This document shows, piece by piece, positions 61,101-64,000 of a stretch of 64,000 nucleotides of DNA. The translations under genes and the position numbers were made by a program. Under the pieces are notes generated by a model. The model was not told the DNA's origin, searched no databases, and was given only the letters and a program-made list of their open reading frames with translations. Positions within the stretch are counted from its first letter, which is position 1; every line of letters starts with the position of its first letter. Source of the stretch: Tubiluchus corallicola. Lineage: Eukaryota > Animalia > Priapulida. The stretch is taken from assembly GCA_030141605.1 (NCBI GenBank), contig JAQGDQ010000206.1, positions 1-64,000 on the forward strand. The letters run 5' to 3'.

Positions 61101-63388
61101 ACCTTATTAACCCTTTCAGTCCCAAATTATTTTTTAAAAAGAAAAATGTTTTTTGGCTTGGTACTTTTGTTCAGTATGTCCATCTTGTTTACACATAATT
61201 ATTTTTTTTCTACCCGTGCCCGCATGCTAAATATAGTCTGTGTCCCACGGGATACATTGGGATTCAATGGAAGCATAAAATGTGCTTCATTTTGGAACTG
61301 CTGATGATTTTTTAAAGTATTTAAGACATTTAGTATGCATGCTATGCTGATCTGTACAAAGTCGTCTCTAAAGTACTGTACCTTGCACAGTTTTTTATGC
61401 TATGTAGATTTTTTAGTTTGCCATTTTATCACCATTTTAGTCTATTGTTGTTGGCTTAAATCAAAATAACTATTACCAGATCAAATAACTGTCAGTTTTA
61501 CAATTTTATTAATTTTAAAGGCAGAAAATATTCTTGTATCCCACGGGATACAATGGGTATGAAAGGGTTAACTAAACTCATAATTCAACGAAATTTGGAA
61601 AAGAAACGACCAATATACAAGTAAATCATATAAGAACGAAATAAGTTCTACTGTTTAAACGCTTTCAGTACATGAACAAGCTTTTGCAGACCATTGGATA
61701 ACACTTTTGCATTGCACTTGTACTGGTCACCTGCAAGCCAAAGGTCACCTATTAGCTCAGGCTATTGTTAGCACGCTAAGGTAATTTTGCTGCACCTGGG
61801 CATGTATTCAGAGAAAGAAACAGCAGACAGCACAGAACACAACTGTAAGACTTTGTCATTTATTTGCGTAATGGCCACTCGGAAAGACTGAAACGCGAGC
61901 TCCCATATTTGGTACTCAAGAGAGTGAAATTATTTTGGACGATAATTCAACTGACTTGTACTGTACTTGGAAAATATAAAACCTGTTTTACTATAATTAG
62001 TATCGTGGCATTTATTAATGTTATGTTATAGCGTGAAATGAATTCACGCTATACGTTGAATGCTGTACGCTATACGCTGAATTACTTGAACTTTGCACCC
62101 ATCTATCCACTGATCAACCTCGCCATGGCTTAACTTCGCTTGTGAAACATGTATGATCATTCCCTCCCTAAATTTTGATTAACCTGTTAATTAATAATGT
62201 TATAAATATCATTTTACACATTTTATGGTAAACCGATCTTTGTGTTAAACATTTTTGTGTCATTTTTCTTTAATTTTTGCTAATTAAGACTCTTCCTACT
62301 TGACACTACATTTTTTTGTTTAAAGGACAAGTAAACGATTTTTGGCACACATTAGTTATTTGTTATGTTTAACCATGCTTTTATTATGATATTTTAGGAG
62401 TTAAGACATTGTGCATGCAGCAGCTGGCTAGTTGCAGTTAAACTTCACCTTTCTATCAACTTCATGCCATCTAATAATTAATTAAAGGAAAAATCAACAC
62501 TTGAACAACATTCATTGTATTTTGTGAATACATTCTTCTTTTAAATTTGTAATGATTTCTCAGTTTGACAGACAAGCAGTTGCAGTTGCTGGTCAGATTA
62601 GGACAATAACCCATTAGATGCGTGTAGCGTAGTCATTTCTGTACTTTCCACTTGGTAGCACTAAGTATGCTGTCAGGTTTTGCATTTCAACCAGTACAAA
62701 TTTATCGCAAGTAAACAAATTCAGTACTTGACTAAACCAGCAGGTAAATAAATGTGCACTATATGTGGGGATGGTGGCTGTAACTTCAACAGCGCACAGG
62801 CCCAGCGTTTTAATCAGCTGCAACCAGCACAGGGCAGACCCACGTGCAGGGGTTACGTTCCTGTACAAGTTTCATAACACCTTAGTGCGTTTGAACGGCT
62901 ATCAAATGTACATGCTTGGAATGACTTCAATACTTTTTGCAAAATCTTATGCAGAAAAAAATGCTCTGCAGTTTCTGTTAAACAGTTCTAAACATAAGTT
63001 AACACTTGGAAACTAGAAGGTTTTGAAATGAAAATTTTGTGAGTAATTAACAGGATGATATGAAAGTATGCAACTTTTCATATCATCCTGTCAATTACTC
63101 CACCAAAAAAAAATTAAGCATTTTATTTACAGTGCTAGAAAGGAAATTTAATTCTCTTTCAGAAAATATATAATTCTGTACTAGTATCTCACGCAATTAG
63201 GCCTTTATGGGCATTTTTGTAAGGGGACGTCAATACTACACAAATATTCGTCGCCGTGAAAGAGTTAATGTAAAAAACAACAAAAATTTCTTTACCACGA
63301 TTACGTCAGCATCGACGAGGGTGACGTGGAATAATGCCACGAGGTTGACAACAGTAAATATATACAGCACTGTAATGTGGCATGGCAT
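40529..63388 (-). CDS. RNF13: PA-TM-RING E3 ubiquitin ligase, RNF13/RNF167 (Godzilla/Goliath) family; 426 aa (TM exon A) or 430 aa (TM exon B)
   Basis: Exons 63296-63388, 60677-60760, 59559-59684, 55344-55428, 54143-54227, [51420-51525 or 51253-51370], 45908-46082, 45350-45541, 42875-43065, 40529-40672; all GT-AG and phase-compatible. Signal peptide, PA domain (DLPAQFG, DAC, LIRRGNCDFDKKV, AQRAGYDAAIVFN, IPSVFVG), TM helix, RING-H2 (CAIC..[16 protein letters not shown]..CPVC). Confidence 0.92.
40707..41206 (+). mobile_element. Internally deleted RTE-clade LINE derivative
   Basis: 5'-UTR-like GTCAGGAAGGGCATCC..TAAAA; degenerate YGLE..EMSMLR*MVGITRRDKIRN; (GAA)n tail; ~19-bp TSD ACA(C/T)TTGTTAACTGTACTT. 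Confidence 0.8.
42875..43065 (-). CDS. RNF13: RNF13 exon, low-complexity C-terminal tail
   Basis: tttag acceptor, gtgagt donor, phase 1 to 0, GC-richer open frame. Confidence 0.75.
44559..45147 (-). mobile_element. 5S rRNA-derived SINE, copy 2
   Basis: Reverse-complement homolog of 7534-8138; 5S part at about 44990-45097. Confidence 0.8.
45350..45541 (-). CDS. RNF13: RNF13 exon, RING C-half, acidic Ser-rich region and ETTPLL dileucine motif
   Basis: [21 protein letters not shown]; tag acceptor, gtaagc donor. Confidence 0.94.
45908..46082 (-). CDS. RNF13: RNF13 exon, basic juxtamembrane region plus RING N-half
   Basis: VAKCVRDHRRKRRSRL..CAICLDEY..LRILPCTH; ttgcag acceptor, gtacgt donor. Confidence 0.94.
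46240..46831 (+). mobile_element. Tigger/pogo-like MITE family 1
   Basis: TA-flanked CAGTGTTCCC TIRs. Confidence 0.85.
47672..48011. mobile_element. Tigger-like MITE family 2 nested in a dispersed repeat (47457-48220)
   Basis: TA TSD; empty site visible at about 14882. Confidence 0.88.
49181..49680 (+). mobile_element. Tigger/pogo-like MITE family 1 flanked by (TA)n
   Basis: TIRs flanked by TA runs on both sides. Confidence 0.85.
49740..49964 (+). mobile_element. Penelope-like element fragment (GIY-YIG C-terminal region)
   Basis: SAIAQHL..C..F.II.....FKILEA.I..DP...Q..LSLF pattern. Confidence 0.55.
51253..51370 (-). CDS. RNF13: RNF13 alternative transmembrane exon B (CYVKLGWHWNDFDVLSYLLPFLLALAVSALGIFLLGVGM)
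   Basis: 118 nt, same phases as exon A; ttctag acceptor, gtgagt donor; open frame; shares SYLLPF and terminal ATG|gt with exon A. Confidence 0.8.
51420..51525 (-). CDS. RNF13: RNF13 transmembrane exon A (YYLTLTPDPPLNFDSYLLPFAVVVGICFVIMLVFM)
   Basis: 106 nt, phase 2 to 0; tag acceptor, gtaagt donor; canonical YLxPF..VGIC TM segment. Confidence 0.92.
51634..52124. mobile_element. hAT MITE
   Basis: TIR CAGTGGCGGC / GCCGCCACTG; perfect TSD AATAGTAC. Confidence 0.9.
52894..53595. mobile_element. Tigger-like MITE family 3
   Basis: TA|CAGTCTAGTCTCGTTATCTCGCC ... GGCGAGATAACGAGGCTAGACTG|TA. Confidence 0.88.
54143..54227 (-). CDS. RNF13: RNF13 exon (PQDVTIPSVFVGLNDGLQLMMQYQYMT)
   Basis: ttgcag acceptor, gtaaga donor; IPSVF motif. 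Confidence 0.9.
54692..55118 (+). mobile_element. hAT (Charlie-like) MITE lacking the right TIR
   Basis: Same family as 9714 and 39155; TSD GATTAAAT on both sides. Confidence 0.8.
55344..55428 (-). CDS. RNF13: RNF13 exon, PA domain (VIAAQRAGYDAAIVFNDQSNELIPMYSY)
   Basis: ctttag acceptor, gtaagt donor. Confidence 0.92.
55652..56062 (-). mobile_element. Tigger/pogo-like MITE family 1
   Basis: Inverted copy with CAGTGTTCCCTC TIRs. Confidence 0.85.
56349..56721 (+). mobile_element. Solo LTR (373 bp)
   Basis: TGTTGTG...CACAACA termini; 5-bp TSD ATAAG; TATAA at 56474; AATAAA at 56648. Confidence 0.85.
56429..56443 (+). promoter_or_regulatory. Heat-shock element (nGAAnnTTCnnGAAn) in the solo LTR
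   Basis: AGAATGTTCTAGAAG is a perfect 3-unit HSE; further GAATGTTC two-unit sites at about 56396 and 56454, just upstream of TATAA. Confidence 0.55.
57368..58595. repeat. 67-69-bp minisatellite (~18 copies)
   Basis: Unit CCAATGTGGTGTACCTTCAGTGCTGACCACTGTGAAGTTTTAGGGTCTCCAGGCCCAATCAACCGATTA. Confidence 0.96.
59559..59684 (-). CDS. RNF13: RNF13 exon, PA domain (GYVVYLFPRDACDPV...LIRRGNCDFDKK)
   Basis: ttttcag acceptor, gtgcgt donor. Confidence 0.92.
60677..60760 (-). CDS. RNF13: RNF13 exon (NTPSNETVEIFKDLPAQFGPQLPTNGMT)
   Basis: ttttctag acceptor, gtgagt donor. Confidence 0.88.
61111..61567. mobile_element. piggyBac-like MITE
   Basis: TTAA|CCCTTTCAGTCCCA ... TGGGTATGAAAGGG|TTAA. Confidence 0.8.
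63296..63388 (-). CDS. RNF13: RNF13 exon 1, signal peptide (MPCHITVLYIFTVVNLVALFHVTLVDADVIV)
   Basis: ATG, hydrophobic core, VDA-D cleavage-like site, gtaaag donor, phase 0 matches the next exon. Confidence 0.8.
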
Positions 63389-63559
63389 TCTCTGATAGGG
63401 AAACATGTTTTCCCCGGCTAGTCACCTAGCTGCGCGTTACGTCCTGCAACGTGTCACATTTCACTGACTGAAAAATATTAAAATACGGATATATTAGGCC
63501 TAGATTTTAAGATACAAGATCTATGTGCTGATTGGTACTAATCAGCAGTAAGTAATAAT

Positions 63560-63916
63560 CAGGGATGAGCATTGAACATTCGAATCCGAATGAGTTTTTT
63601 TTTGTTCGAATTCGATTCAAACCTAAAATTCATTTGAATAATTCTGCATTTCAGCCACACATGTTCCTTATCATTAAAATGTTTGAAACATCGTGCAATT
63701 AACACAATTTAGCTGCAGTTTCTATGCAAAATTTTTAACAAACTAATAGTGGTTTTACTGCAGAACAAAATGAAGTAATATGCATGATCTTTGTAAGACC
63801 AGTTTTTACGACTGGTTCGAGAACGTGTTCGAAAATCTTTCAAACTCAATTCGAATTCGAAATACTGAAATTTCGTTCGATTCTAATTCGCTTTCCGGTA
63901 GAGAATGCCCATCCTG
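63560..63916. mobile_element. hAT MITE just upstream of the RNF13 start codon
   Basis: CAGGGATGAGCATT / AATGCCCATCCTG TIRs; TSD GTAATAAT / GTAATAAC; repeated TTCGAA motifs. Confidence 0.7.
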
Positions 63917-64000
63917 GTAATAACACACATAGCAAAAACACGATTTAAGTCAATTTAAGTCTCGATTTCAAAAAATGTTTGTACTAGAAACACTGTAGCT

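Overview
This window is AT-rich, intron-rich animal genomic DNA; the 5S-like sequence and gene structures suggest an invertebrate, possibly a lophotrochozoan. It holds two convergent spliced genes. On +, nine coding exons of the succinyl-CoA ligase ATP-specific beta subunit (SUCLA2-like) run from 11877 to 31076; its 5' exons were not found. On -, a complete RNF13/RNF167-type PA-TM-RING E3 ligase runs from 63388 to 40529 (426 or 430 aa). The main finding is that this ligase has two tandem, homologous, same-phase transmembrane exons separated by a 49-nt intron whose branch point lies only 21 nt from the donor, the architecture of mutually exclusive exons. The first 7.3 kb is a head-to-tail array of two non-autonomous Helitron families. 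Introns and intergenic DNA are dense with hAT, Tc1/Tigger, piggyBac, Kolobok and Harbinger MITEs, a 5S-derived SINE, LINE and Penelope remnants, and a solo LTR carrying heat-shock elements. Several minisatellites are seeded at transposon termini or at splice sites. All coordinates and family assignments were read by eye without database searches.
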